DNA of 64,000 nt from Nannocystales bacterium. Its GTDB lineage: Bacteria > Myxococcota_A > Polyangia > Nannocystales > Nannocystaceae. Positions within the stretch are counted from its first letter, which is position 1. Every line of letters begins with the position of its first letter. The notes below the pieces were generated by a model. That model did no database searches and was not told the origin of the DNA. It was given only the letters and a program-made list of their open reading frames with translations. Below, in pieces: positions 21,411 through 31,844 of this stretch. The stretch is from assembly GCA_050633305.1 (NCBI GenBank), contig JBOEGF010000022.1, positions 128,001 to 192,000 of the forward strand, given 5' to 3'. A program made the translations under genes and the position numbers.

Positions 21411-23510
21411 TTAGAAGCGGAGCCCGCCCACGAAGCCTGGCCAGAGTGCGACCCGGCCTCCGCTGGTGTTGTTCTTTGACCAGGCGGTCCAGCCGTAGCC
21501 CAGCCGAGGGCGGTCGTCGTCCTCCTCGATGACGACGTTGAACGTCGGCCCACCCCACACGGTGAGCCGCGGTGCAAAGGACCACGCGAACATCAGCCGG
21601 GCCTTCGTGAGGCCGCCGATGTGCCCCTGGAACGACCGATCGGTGAAGGTCGAGTACCCCCCGAGGTCGATGTCGATTGCGGCTGAGTTCCCGACTGGGA
21701 TGTGTCCACCGAAGCCTGCACCGAACTGCCATCCGGCACTCTCGCCGATGGGGTGGAAGCCCGCGGCGAGAAAGGAGTAGGTGTATTTGGCCGGAAACCG
21801 CAGTCCGAGGTTCAGCATCGCCGTGTCGCTGGTGTAGACCTCCGGATGGACGCCGCCTTCCTGGGTGAACGCGAACAATCCGATGCTCGCGTCCGCTTCT
21901 TTGGCGATGTTGACGAGCCCGACCTGGACACTCACGTCCCGGCCGACATTGACGAGTCCGAGCTGGGCCCCCTCGACGTTTCGGCCCACGTTGAGCAGGG
22001 CGAGCTGGGCTCCGCTGAAGGAGCGCCCCGCGACGTTGACGTTGCCGAGCTGCACGCCGCGCCCTTCGCCCGCCCAGTTGATGCCGGAGGTCAGCTGCGC
22101 GCCTTGGAGGCGTCCAGCCGCGTTGAAGCCCGCCGACAGCTGGGCGCCACGAGCATCCTCCGAAACCCAGTTCCCGCCGACGGTGAGCTGAGCCCCCGCG
22201 AGCCGTCCGGTGGAGACGTTCGCTCCGACCGACCACTGCAAGCCAATGACGTGTTCGGCAGCCACGTCGGCAGCGAGCGCCATCGAGAGGCCGTGGACGC
22301 GGGCTGATTCGGCCCATAGGAGTGCGGCGCCAAAGTTGACGATGGTCGGCCGACCGCGTCGACCGACGCTGAGCGCCGGGAGGACGCCGATATTGAACGG
22401 GATCTGGAGGTAGTCGCTGTCGGCCGGTGCTCCGCGAGCCGTCGTTTCCTCCTTGGGGATCGTCGAGAACGCCGATGCGGCGAGGGAGACCTGGCCCTTT
22501 CGCGTGAGTGTGACAGGGGCTCGGGCGAAGAGACCTTCGTTTTCTACGGTGACTGTGTAGTCGCCGGGCTCGAGTGCGAGCAAGACTGGGTCTCCGTCGC
22601 CCGGGACGACCAGTTCGGCGGCCAGGCGCCCCTTTTCCGTCCGTACCCAGACCCGGCCGCGGATCGATGGCTCGAGCTCGAGCCGGGCGTTGGCTTGACG
22701 AAGGTCGGTCATGACGAGTTCGCCAGTTCCCGAAAGACGGATGTCGTAGGCCGCGTGCTGCACACCCGCCGAGGTGGCCTGCGTGTGCTCGAGCGTCTCC
22801 TCGTAGGCGAACTCGTAGGCCTCACCCAGCGTCACCTGGCGGTCGCCGTTGCTGTCGGCGGCGCCGCGCATTCCACTGACGAGAAAGTGCGTGAAGAAGG
22901 AGCCGCCGATACGATCGGACTCCTGTGCGGTCTCCTCTGCGGAGCTCGAGGTGAGGAAGGCGTGCCCTTCGACCTCAGAGGTGGAGTTGACCAGGAACGG
23001 CGCACGCCGGCGTCCGCCTTTGATCCGCGTGAACGCACCGGACGCGCACGAATCCAAGATCGCGATGTGTACGTCGGCCGGGACTGCGTCGAGCAGTTTC
23101 CTCAGCTCGACGTAGGTCACCTTGTCCTCCCCGAGCAACAGGCCAGTCTCGTCCGAATGTCCCGAGTAATAGAAAATGAACTCGACACGTCGGCTTCGCG
23201 CGCGGGCGGTCTTGGCCCGAGAGGCCGCGCGTTCGAGCGCCGAGGTCAGCTTGTCCGGGGTGGCGCGGAAGACGTGCAGCTCGTTGCTGCTTCCCAGGCC
23301 TCCTGCTTGCCGCAGGACCTTGCCCACTGCGTACGCATCGGACTCTGCGTAGCGCAGGACCGCACGGCCATCGCCTCCGTGGTTGGCCGAGGTGAGCACG
23401 GCGATGCGTTCGACCGCTGCGCCTGCGGGAGCAGCATTCGCGGCCCAGACCGGGCCAGAGAACAGCCCTGCGATGAGCAAGGCGGGGAGAAACCACAGGG
23501 AGGGGAACAT
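21411..23510 (-). CDS. Secreted caspase-family (peptidase C14) protein with GxQxxxxN (LA_2272-like) repeats
   Basis: YYSGHS and LDSCASG catalytic His/Cys; GAQL...N repeats; C-terminal Phe; signal peptide from MFPSLW. Confidence 0.88.
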   Translation of the reverse strand: MFPSLWFLPALLIAGLFSGPVWAANAAPAGAAVERIAVLTSANHGGDGRAVLRYAESDAYAVGKVLRQAGGLGSSNELHVFRATPDKLTSALERAASRAKTARARSRRVEFIFYYSGHSDETGLLLGEDKVTYVELRKLLDAVPADVHIAILDSCASGAFTRIKGGRRRAPFLVNSTSEVEGHAFLTSSSAEETAQESDRIGGSFFTHFLVSGMRGAADSNGDRQVTLGEAYEFAYEETLEHTQATSAGVQHAAYDIRLSGTGELVMTDLRQANARLELEPSIRGRVWVRTEKGRLAAELVVPGDGDPVLLALEPGDYTVTVENEGLFARAPVTLTRKGQVSLAASAFSTIPKEETTARGAPADSDYLQIPFNIGVLPALSVGRRGRPTIVNFGAALLWAESARVHGLSMALAADVAAEHVIGLQWSVGANVSTGRLAGAQLTVGGNWVSEDARGAQLSAGFNAAGRLQGAQLTSGINWAGEGRGVQLGNVNVAGRSFSGAQLALLNVGRNVEGAQLGLVNVGRDVSVQVGLVNIAKEADASIGLFAFTQEGGVHPEVYTSDTAMLNLGLRFPAKYTYSFLAAGFHPIGESAGWQFGAGFGGHIPVGNSAAIDIDLGGYSTFTDRSFQGHIGGLTKARLMFAWSFAPRLTVWGGPTFNVVIEEDDDRPRLGYGWTAWSKNNTSGGRVALWPGFVGGLRF

Positions 23511-24026
23511 GGGGCGGTTGGCGGGCGTCACGTCGGCGGGCCTGCACATGGTGGACACAACAACACCGGGCACGCCGTGTGGTGTTCATCGCAGGTGAGG
23601 TTTTTTTCTGAGGTCCGCTTTGGTGCCCTCATCGGGTCGTGGGAGCACACCGGGGCTCTCCTGCAGCGTCAGGGCAGGCGTGCGCTGAACACGCGGGGCG
23701 GGCGGTGGGGGCCGTCACGGCTGGGGATCCGTCGTCCGTCTTGCGGCGGGTCGCAGGTGCACAGCAACGCAGCCGACAGCGTAGAAGCCTGTCTGAGTCG
23801 CATCTTCGCGGGCGGGCGACGGAGTTGACCCCGGGGTGCCGTCGGACGTCCCGGAGCGGCTGAGCCGGGCTTCACGCGAGGCGTGTGTCGACACCGAAGA
23901 TTTCTTCGCAGGCCGACGAACACTTTTGCATCTGACCGGTGTTCTGAGAGGTGCAGGTCGGCCGGAGCCCCGACGCGCCCATTGGCGTCGCGTTGAGAGG
24001 ACCGGTGCCTGCCTCGCAGGACACAT

Positions 24027-24671
24027 ATGAATCTCAACGACCAATTTCTAAGGCTCGCGCTCAATGGTTCCGAGTGGGTGCTCTGGCTGCTCGTCGCGAT
24101 CAGCCTCGGGGCAACCGCGGTGATGGTGGAACGCTGGATCGTCTACGGTGGTTTGCGGCGTCGAGAGGCTCAGCTCGCGAAGTTGATGGCCGGGCGTAGC
24201 CCCGAGCGGTGGGGGGAGCTTCGCCGCGTCGCGAACCAACTCGACACGCCCGGTGCTCGGCTCTTGGAGCGGGTTCTTCGGGCTCGAAGCGAGCGAGCCG
24301 ACAACCTGGAACTCATCGTGGAGTCGGCGAAGACGGCGGAGAAGGTTCGCCTTGAACGCAACCTCGGGTTCTTGGGAACCGTGGGTGCCAACGCGCCGTT
24401 CATCGGACTGCTCGGGACCGTGCTCGAGATTCTGCGGGTGTTCAACCTGCTGGGCGACCAGGGGGTGACCTCGGCTGCCGACACGTCCTCGATCATGACC
24501 GGAATCTCCGAGGCCCTGGTGGCGACAGGGGTCGGCTTGTTGGTCGCGATCCCTGCGACCATCGCCTACAACGCCTACCTCAAACGGGTCGGTGGCTTGC
24601 TCAGTCAGGCCCAAGAGACCGCCTCGGCGGGCCTGGAGTTCTCCGGGGTGCACGAAGGAGCGGAGGTCTGA
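24027..24671 (+). CDS. exbB: MotA/TolQ/ExbB proton channel protein
   Basis: LGTVGANAPFIGLLGTV and GISEALVATGVGLLVAIPA motifs. Confidence 0.9.
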   Translation: MNLNDQFLRLALNGSEWVLWLLVAISLGATAVMVERWIVYGGLRRREAQLAKLMAGRSPERWGELRRVANQLDTPGARLLERVLRARSERADNLELIVESAKTAEKVRLERNLGFLGTVGANAPFIGLLGTVLEILRVFNLLGDQGVTSAADTSSIMTGISEALVATGVGLLVAIPATIAYNAYLKRVGGLLSQAQETASAGLEFSGVHEGAEV

Positions 24672-25099
24672 TGGCTGCCGCAGGCGGACAGAGCGAGGGG
24701 CTGACGGCGATCAACATCACCCCGATGGTGGACATCATGTTGGTGCTGCTGGTCATCTTCATGGTGACAACCTCGGCGATCAACGAGGTGGAATCGCTGG
24801 AGGTCAACCGGCCCGACGCGGCGACAGGCCAGAACACGCCCTCGGGCGATGGTCAGATCCTCCTGACCTGTCTCGCCGATGGGGGGACGAGTGTAGACGG
24901 GGTCGTGACGACGTCTGATGCGGCGGTTCTCGCTGCGATCGCGGCGAGAAAAGCGAAGACTCCCGAGCTTCACGGGGTCCTCTCCTGCGACGAAGACGCA
25001 CGTGTTCGTACGTTGGTCCGCCTGCTCGACCTTCTGCGCAAAGCCGGCGTCAGCAAGTACGCCATCGCGACCGAACAACCTCAAGAGCGTCAGGGGTAA
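24671..25099 (+). CDS. exbD: ExbD/TolR biopolymer transport protein
   Basis: INITPMVDIMLVLLVIFMV motif; TGATG overlap with exbB. Confidence 0.9.
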   Translation: MAAAGGQSEGLTAINITPMVDIMLVLLVIFMVTTSAINEVESLEVNRPDAATGQNTPSGDGQILLTCLADGGTSVDGVVTTSDAAVLAAIAARKAKTPELHGVLSCDEDARVRTLVRLLDLLRKAGVSKYAIATEQPQERQG

Positions 25100-25107
25100 G
25101 CCTCGCC

Positions 25108-25992
<885 letters not shown>

Positions 25993-26002
25993 CGACGCCT
26001 TC

Positions 26003-28804
26003 TTGCGCCGCGTCCGTGCTGCGACGTTTCTGGCCATCTTCTGCGCTCCGGCGCTGGCGGTCGCTGCCGCACCGCCCGAACCGCCACCATCCTCCGCCCC
26101 GGACGAGGCGTTGGAGTCGGCGGAGGAGTCGCCGGCCGACGCACCCAACTCGGACGGGGAGCCTTCGGGTCCGCCGCCGGGACTGGTGATGCCGGTCCTC
26201 GAGCGCGAGGTTTCGTTCGAGTACCCTGAGGCGTTGGCGCAGCAACCCGAGCCGCCCTCGGGAAGCGTGGTCGTGCGGTTTGTGGTCGACGTCGACGGTG
26301 GGACGAAGGAGGCCGAGGTCACGCAGTCTGTCGCGCCTGAGATCGATGCCGCCGCACTCGAAGCCATCGCGTCGCTAAAGTATCGACCCGCGACCTTCGA
26401 AGGCAACCCGGTCGAACTTGTCTTGTCGATGACGATCGAGGTCAGCCCGCCCGAGCCGGCCCCACCGGAGCCCCAGGTCGGAGCGGAGCCGGACGTTGAG
26501 GCTGAAGACGAGCCCGAGCCGGTCCCCAGCGGGCCAGTGCGGGTTCGCGGCAGGGTGCTGCAAGCCGGGGAGCGGCAGCCGCTGGAAGGGGCGGTGATCA
26601 CGGTCTACCCTGCCGGCAACACGAAGCTGGGACGGATCCCGTATCGCAAGCGCAAGCCGCCCACCACGGAGCCCGCGTGGACCGCTGGAACGCGGAGTGA
26701 GGCCGATGGCTCCTTCGAGCTGCGCGATGTCCAGGAGGGTCGGCTGCGTGTCGTGATCATGACCCAGGGGTACGAACGCCTCGAGTACGTCGTGGAACTC
26801 GGCGACAACGAGGTGCTCGAACTCGAGTACTACCAGGTCCGACTGAACACGAACCCCTATCGGACAGAGGTCGAAACCGAGGCGGACGCGTTCCAAGAGG
26901 TTCGCCGCCACAAGTTGGAACCCGAAGAACTCGCGAAGCTACCCGGCACCAACGGCGATGCGCTCAAGGCGGTCCAGAACTTCCCTGGTGTTGCACGCGC
27001 GCCCTTCGGGTTGGGGCAGCTTGTCCTGCGCGGAGCGGCGCCGGCCGACTCGCGGGTGTACCTCGCTGGCCACGAGGTCCCCAGTCTCTTCCACTTCGGA
27101 GGCCTCACCAGCGTGTTCAACTCCAGCCTCATCGAGAGTATGGAGCTGGTCCCGGGCAACTTCGACTCCCGGTACGGCAACGCGATCGGTGGCGTGGTCA
27201 ATGTCGAGACTCGGAAGGGTCGCCGTGACGGTTTCCACGGCTACGTCAAAGCGGATGTCTTCGATGCCGCCGGGGTGGTCGAGGGGCCGATCGGCAAGGG
27301 GTCGTTCGCGCTCTCCGTTCGTCGGAGTTACATCGACGCGATCTTGCCCGCCGTGCTGCCCAGTGACGGCAACCTTTCGTTCTCGGTGGCGCCGCGCTAC
27401 TACGACTACTCGGGCTCGTTCGACTACCCGCTGGCTGGGGGCAATTTCACCGCGCGCGTGCTTGGATCTGACGACCGGCTCACGCTCATCGACACCAACG
27501 AGAACGACGACGACGCAGGGACCCGCGGCACGATCGGGACGGTCTCCTGGTTTCACCGCGCTGACCTCGCCTACGAGAAACGGTGGCGAAAGTGGTCGTT
27601 CTTCATCTCCCCTTCGTATCGCCGCGACCACTTCTCGCTCGATATCGGAGAGGACGCTCGGTTCGGGTTGGAAACAGACCGCTTCAGCGGCCGGGCCGAA
27701 GTCACCCGGGAGGTCGGGAAACGCTCGTCTTGGCGACTGGGAACCGAGGTCATCACGGACTGGTTCACCGTCGACATCAAGTCGCCACCGCCCAGCGGAA
27801 ACGCGTCCGGACCTCGTGGTGGAAGTGGGTCTCCCGGAGGCGACTCTCTGTCGCCTGTTGGCTCGAACTACCGCGTCTTCATTGCTCGGCCCTCGCTGTA
27901 CTCCACATTCCGGTGGGGCATCACGGACCGGTTTGCGGTGTCGCCAGGGCTGCGGCTGACCTACCTGGTCGGCGATCGCAACTCGTTGATGGTCGACCCG
28001 CGGCTCAGCGCGGAGGTCAAGGCCACCGATACGACCACCATCACCGCAGCGGCGGGCATCTATTCCCAGCTCAACTACGACGTGACCAACGCCCGGGACT
28101 TCGGGAACCCCGACCTCGATCCGGACAAAGCGATGCACGTCAGCCTCGGTGTCGCGCAGGACTTCGGCGCGGGGTGGAACGCGAGCGCGACCGGCTTCTA
28201 CAAACACCTGTGGTCGCTCGCCGCGACGACGGATGAGGTCGTCGAGGGCCCGGACGGGCAGTTGAAGCCGCTTCTTTTCGACGACACCGGGGTGGGGCGG
28301 GTCTACGGGGGCGAGTTGATGGTCCGCAAGGAGATGACCGGAAACCTCTACGGTTGGGCGGCGTACACCCTCAGCCGTAGCGAGGTTCAACAACGCTCTG
28401 GTGAGCCGTTCGAGCTGTTCGGCTACGACCAGACCCACGTGTTCACGCTGCTCTCCGCGTATCGTCTGCCGAGAAACTGGCAGATCGGGCTTCGGTTCCG
28501 GGTCGCGTCCGGCAACCCCTACACCCCGATTCACGACGGTGTCGCACAGCTGCGGGAGGGTCTGCAGTTCGGTCTGCCCGCGGACAACAACTCGGCCCGC
28601 TTTCGTGCCTTTCACCAGCTCGACCTTCGTGTCGACAAGACCTGGACCTTCCAGCGCGTCGCGCTGGACGCGTATCTCGATGTCCAGAATGTCTACAACG
28701 CGAAGAACCCCGAGTTCCTCGAAGAGTCTTGGAACTACCAGCGTCAGACGACGATCAACTCCCTCCCGATCATCCCGTCGATCGGCCTGAAACTCACGTG
28801 GTAG
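26003..28804 (+). CDS. TonB-dependent receptor with N-terminal TonB_C and carboxypeptidase-regulatory-like domains
   Basis: LPGTNGDALKAVQNFPGVAR plug, YGNAIGGVV, QLDLRVDK and NVYN motifs, terminal Trp; start uncertain (TTG 26003 assumed). Confidence 0.9.
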   Translation: MRRVRAATFLAIFCAPALAVAAAPPEPPPSSAPDEALESAEESPADAPNSDGEPSGPPPGLVMPVLEREVSFEYPEALAQQPEPPSGSVVVRFVVDVDGGTKEAEVTQSVAPEIDAAALEAIASLKYRPATFEGNPVELVLSMTIEVSPPEPAPPEPQVGAEPDVEAEDEPEPVPSGPVRVRGRVLQAGERQPLEGAVITVYPAGNTKLGRIPYRKRKPPTTEPAWTAGTRSEADGSFELRDVQEGRLRVVIMTQGYERLEYVVELGDNEVLELEYYQVRLNTNPYRTEVETEADAFQEVRRHKLEPEELAKLPGTNGDALKAVQNFPGVARAPFGLGQLVLRGAAPADSRVYLAGHEVPSLFHFGGLTSVFNSSLIESMELVPGNFDSRYGNAIGGVVNVETRKGRRDGFHGYVKADVFDAAGVVEGPIGKGSFALSVRRSYIDAILPAVLPSDGNLSFSVAPRYYDYSGSFDYPLAGGNFTARVLGSDDRLTLIDTNENDDDAGTRGTIGTVSWFHRADLAYEKRWRKWSFFISPSYRRDHFSLDIGEDARFGLETDRFSGRAEVTREVGKRSSWRLGTEVITDWFTVDIKSPPPSGNASGPRGGSGSPGGDSLSPVGSNYRVFIARPSLYSTFRWGITDRFAVSPGLRLTYLVGDRNSLMVDPRLSAEVKATDTTTITAAAGIYSQLNYDVTNARDFGNPDLDPDKAMHVSLGVAQDFGAGWNASATGFYKHLWSLAATTDEVVEGPDGQLKPLLFDDTGVGRVYGGELMVRKEMTGNLYGWAAYTLSRSEVQQRSGEPFELFGYDQTHVFTLLSAYRLPRNWQIGLRFRVASGNPYTPIHDGVAQLREGLQFGLPADNNSARFRAFHQLDLRVDKTWTFQRVALDAYLDVQNVYNAKNPEFLEESWNYQRQTTINSLPIIPSIGLKLTW

Positions 28805-28806
28805 CG

Positions 28807-29937
28807 ATGTCTCGTCTCCTCCATTCTCAACTCCTGCTCTGGCTTTCTCTGGGGGCGCTTGGCTCCGGATGCGGCGACACGCTTCCTCCGTACGAGAAGG
28901 TGGTCGAGCACCGACTGCTCTCGGCACCGGTGCGCGTGGTCGGACCGCACGAACCACTCGACGTCGCCGAGGGCTTTGTGGCCGCAGAAGCTCTGCCTGC
29001 AGAGACCGTGGAAGTGACAGCGTTCGCGGTCGGTCCCGATGGACCGGTCGCTCTGAACGCACTCGACCTACGGTGGATCGCTTGCGAACTCCCCCCGGGG
29101 GCGGGCGCGTTTGCGTGCCTCTCGGAGAGTTTTCCTCTCTCCCTCGACGGGCTCGGGGTCTGTGACTTCCCCGATCTGGACGACCTTCGGGCCGCCGGCG
29201 AGCCCGAGGAGTTTGGCGGCCCCTGCTTGCTGAGCGAGGATCCGAGCGAGGGCTTTGAGGTCCCTGTCACCGCGGGCACGCTTGCGGGTGCGAGCCTCGA
29301 ACTCACCGCAATCGGAGCCACTCCCGGCGGCACGCCGTCGGAGCAGTGTGCCCGCGAGCTGTTGGCGGGGAGGGCCGATGTGCCGAACGACTGCATCTAC
29401 GGCGTGCAGGTTGTTCCCATCGGATCCGAGCAGCGACTGCTCCAATGGTTGTCGGACGAGGGCATCGGGGATGCCGAGGCGCCGCAATCCGACGAGGTCG
29501 ACCCGGTCGATGTGCACCCCCGCGTCACGAGCTTCCAGGTCTCGGTGCTCGGAGACGACGACCAGCCCCTTGCCGAGCCAGTCGAGGTTCCGCTGGGCGG
29601 CACGTTCGAGGCCCGCGCCGGGCAGCGGCTGCGTGTTGACGTGACTTCACCCGAGGAGGACCTGCAGGAGTATCGATACCCCGTCAACGGCGGCGCGGAC
29701 TTCGAGACCGCGACCGAGCAATACACCGGGCAGTGGTTCATCACCTGGGGCTCGCTGTTGTCCCCCGTGAGCATCGACGCGGACAGCTACAACGAGTGGA
29801 CACTGGAGTCGGCGGACGAGGACGCATCCCGGCCTGCGGACGAGGTCGCGCATCTCTACTACGTCGTTCGTGACGGCCGCAACGGCGCGGAAAACTGGTG
29901 GATCTCGGTGCGCTTCGTGGGCGAGGACGGCGCCTGA
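28807..29937 (+). CDS. TBDR-associated hypothetical lipoprotein
   Basis: Lipobox GSGC; C-terminal YVVRDGRNG motif of the type found in myxobacterial TBDR-partner lipoproteins. Confidence 0.75.
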   Translation: MSRLLHSQLLLWLSLGALGSGCGDTLPPYEKVVEHRLLSAPVRVVGPHEPLDVAEGFVAAEALPAETVEVTAFAVGPDGPVALNALDLRWIACELPPGAGAFACLSESFPLSLDGLGVCDFPDLDDLRAAGEPEEFGGPCLLSEDPSEGFEVPVTAGTLAGASLELTAIGATPGGTPSEQCARELLAGRADVPNDCIYGVQVVPIGSEQRLLQWLSDEGIGDAEAPQSDEVDPVDVHPRVTSFQVSVLGDDDQPLAEPVEVPLGGTFEARAGQRLRVDVTSPEEDLQEYRYPVNGGADFETATEQYTGQWFITWGSLLSPVSIDADSYNEWTLESADEDASRPADEVAHLYYVVRDGRNGAENWWISVRFVGEDGA

Positions 29938-29942
29938 ACTCG

Positions 29943-29985
29943 CGGCGCCGAATGGCCCCACCTCGGCGCCGGGACCGTTCTTTTT
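29943..29985 (+). terminator. Probable intrinsic terminator of the TonB operon
   Basis: CGGCGCCGA...TCGGCGCCG stem followed a few nt later by TTCTTTTT. Confidence 0.5.
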
Positions 29986-30034
29986 GTCGTAGGGCGCTCA
30001 ACCCCCGCGTTGCAAACCTGCTATAGCCCCGGCC

Positions 30035-31375
30035 GTGGAGCGGCTCAGAACGTCCCAGATCTGGGCCGCGTGGTGGCCGCTGGCCGCGAGCTGGTTGCTG
30101 ATGGGGATCGAGCAGCCAGCCATCGCGGCGGTCATCGCTCGGCTGCCCGACACCAAGGTCCAGCTGGCGGCCTACGGCAGCGTGGTGTTCCCGATCGCCC
30201 TGCTGATCGAAGCCCCGATCATCATGCTGCTCGCGGCGTCGACCGAGCTGAGCCGCGATCGGGCCCGATACGCGCAGATGGCTCGCTACACCCGGTTGAT
30301 GGGGATCGGGCTCACCGTCGTTCACATCGTGGCGGCCGCGACACCGGCCGGTCCGTGGTTCATCGAGGCCGCGCTCTCGGTACCGCCCGAGGTCGCGGAG
30401 GCGTCCAGGCCAGGGCTGTGGCTGATGATCCCGTGGTCGTGGGCGATCGCGTCGCGCCGGACCGGGCAGGGGCTGTTGATTCGGACCGGGAAGAGTCGCG
30501 TCGTGGGACTCGCCACGGGCGTGCGGTTGGGGGTGTCCTCGACAGTGCTTCTCACCGGCGTGCTCACCCAGTCGGCCTCGGGCGTCGAGATTGGCGCGGC
30601 CGCGTTGTCCATCGGTGTGCTCAGCGAAGCCGCGTTCGTTCACGGCTTCGTGCGTCGGGTTGTCGCGACCCAGCTCCCTGCGACGTCCGATGCTCCGCCC
30701 CTGAGCGGGGCTGGGTTCTTGTCGTTCTATGTACCCCTGGCCCTGACCCCCGTGGTCATCTTGGTGATTCAACCGATCGGGACGGCCGCGATCAGTCGGA
30801 TGCCCGAGGTGCTCGGGTCCCTTGCGGTCTGGCCGGTCGTGGTGGGGCTTGGGTTCGTCTTGCAGAGTGTGGGCTTGGCCTTCAACGAGGTCGTGGTCGC
30901 GTTGGTGGGTCGTCCGGGAGCTCGGGAGCTGCTGTGGCGGTTCGCGTGGCGCTTGGCACTGACACTCACTGCGATCTGGCTGGCGTTCTCGATGTCGCCG
31001 CTGGCCTCATTGTGGTTCGAGCATGTCGCGAATCTCCCCTCCGACCTGGTCGAGCCTGCGCTCTTGGGGCTGCTCTTCGCCTCGCCGCAGCCCGCATCGC
31101 GTGTGTTGCAGAGCTGGTTTCAGGGCCTCCTGGTCTCTGAGCATCGGACGCGCCCGATCACCGAGGCCGTTGTCGTGTTCGGCCTGGCGTGCGGCGCGGT
31201 GTTCGTCGTCGGTGTCGCCTGGCAGGGCACCGCGGGGGTCTACATGGCCGTGCTCGGTTTTACCGCGGGGCGCGCGGCGCAAACGGGGTGGCTGTGGTGG
31301 CGATGCCGGGGCTTGCTTGCGGGCGAGGCCACATCCGCAGCGCGGGCGAACCCCGAGCGCGAAGGGGACCGCTAG
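30035..31375 (+). CDS. MATE/MOP-superfamily membrane transporter (ANKH-like)
   Basis: Duplicated halves WWPLAA...IARLP...LAAY and YVPLAL...ISRMP...LAVW; about 12 hydrophobic segments. Confidence 0.8.
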   Translation: MERLRTSQIWAAWWPLAASWLLMGIEQPAIAAVIARLPDTKVQLAAYGSVVFPIALLIEAPIIMLLAASTELSRDRARYAQMARYTRLMGIGLTVVHIVAAATPAGPWFIEAALSVPPEVAEASRPGLWLMIPWSWAIASRRTGQGLLIRTGKSRVVGLATGVRLGVSSTVLLTGVLTQSASGVEIGAAALSIGVLSEAAFVHGFVRRVVATQLPATSDAPPLSGAGFLSFYVPLALTPVVILVIQPIGTAAISRMPEVLGSLAVWPVVVGLGFVLQSVGLAFNEVVVALVGRPGARELLWRFAWRLALTLTAIWLAFSMSPLASLWFEHVANLPSDLVEPALLGLLFASPQPASRVLQSWFQGLLVSEHRTRPITEAVVVFGLACGAVFVVGVAWQGTAGVYMAVLGFTAGRAAQTGWLWWRCRGLLAGEATSAARANPEREGDR

Positions 31376-31844
31376 GCTCAGTCTCGGTTCCGAGGCGATT
31401 CGACCGTCGGCGAGGGGGATTCGGGATCACCTTGGCGACGTCAGACGTCTATCAGCGCCGAGATGAGCACTTGACGCCTCGCGTTCCAAAACAAGAAGCT
31501 CGAACACGAGAAGGCGATCGGGCGCTGCATTGAGCGTGTTCAGTTCGAAGGGAAGCGGGAAGGTGTGAACGTCGCGGGGGCGCTGTCGCGCTGCACCGAG
31601 CGTTTCGCGAAGATCCCCGAAGCGGAGCGGGCGCTCTCGAGGCGACGAAGGCATCGCTGGACGCCTTGGCGACGATGCATGCCTCGCTGCTCGTCGGCTA
31701 CGGGGGATGAGCGCCGAAGCGCGGCTGCGCTAGGTTCAGCAGGATATCAAGGCCAAACTTGACGAGCGGGAGCCCTTCTATGAAAGGTATGGACTGCTCA
31801 TGCAATAGCGGTGGCGCCCTCGACATGGGACGCTCGGCTCGCGG

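Noticed and set aside
23832..23860. TPP-riboswitch-like GGGGTGCC...GGCTGAG upstream of exbB
   Set aside because: It reads CTGAGC rather than CTGAGA and lacks the downstream ACCTGAT/GCGNAGGGA elements; no cobalamin-box motifs are present either.
31463..31660. Protein-like frame AFQNKKLEHEKAIGRCIERVQFEG... between the transporter and kinase
   Set aside because: There is an in-frame TGA shortly after the upstream ATG and no recognisable family; at most a gene remnant.
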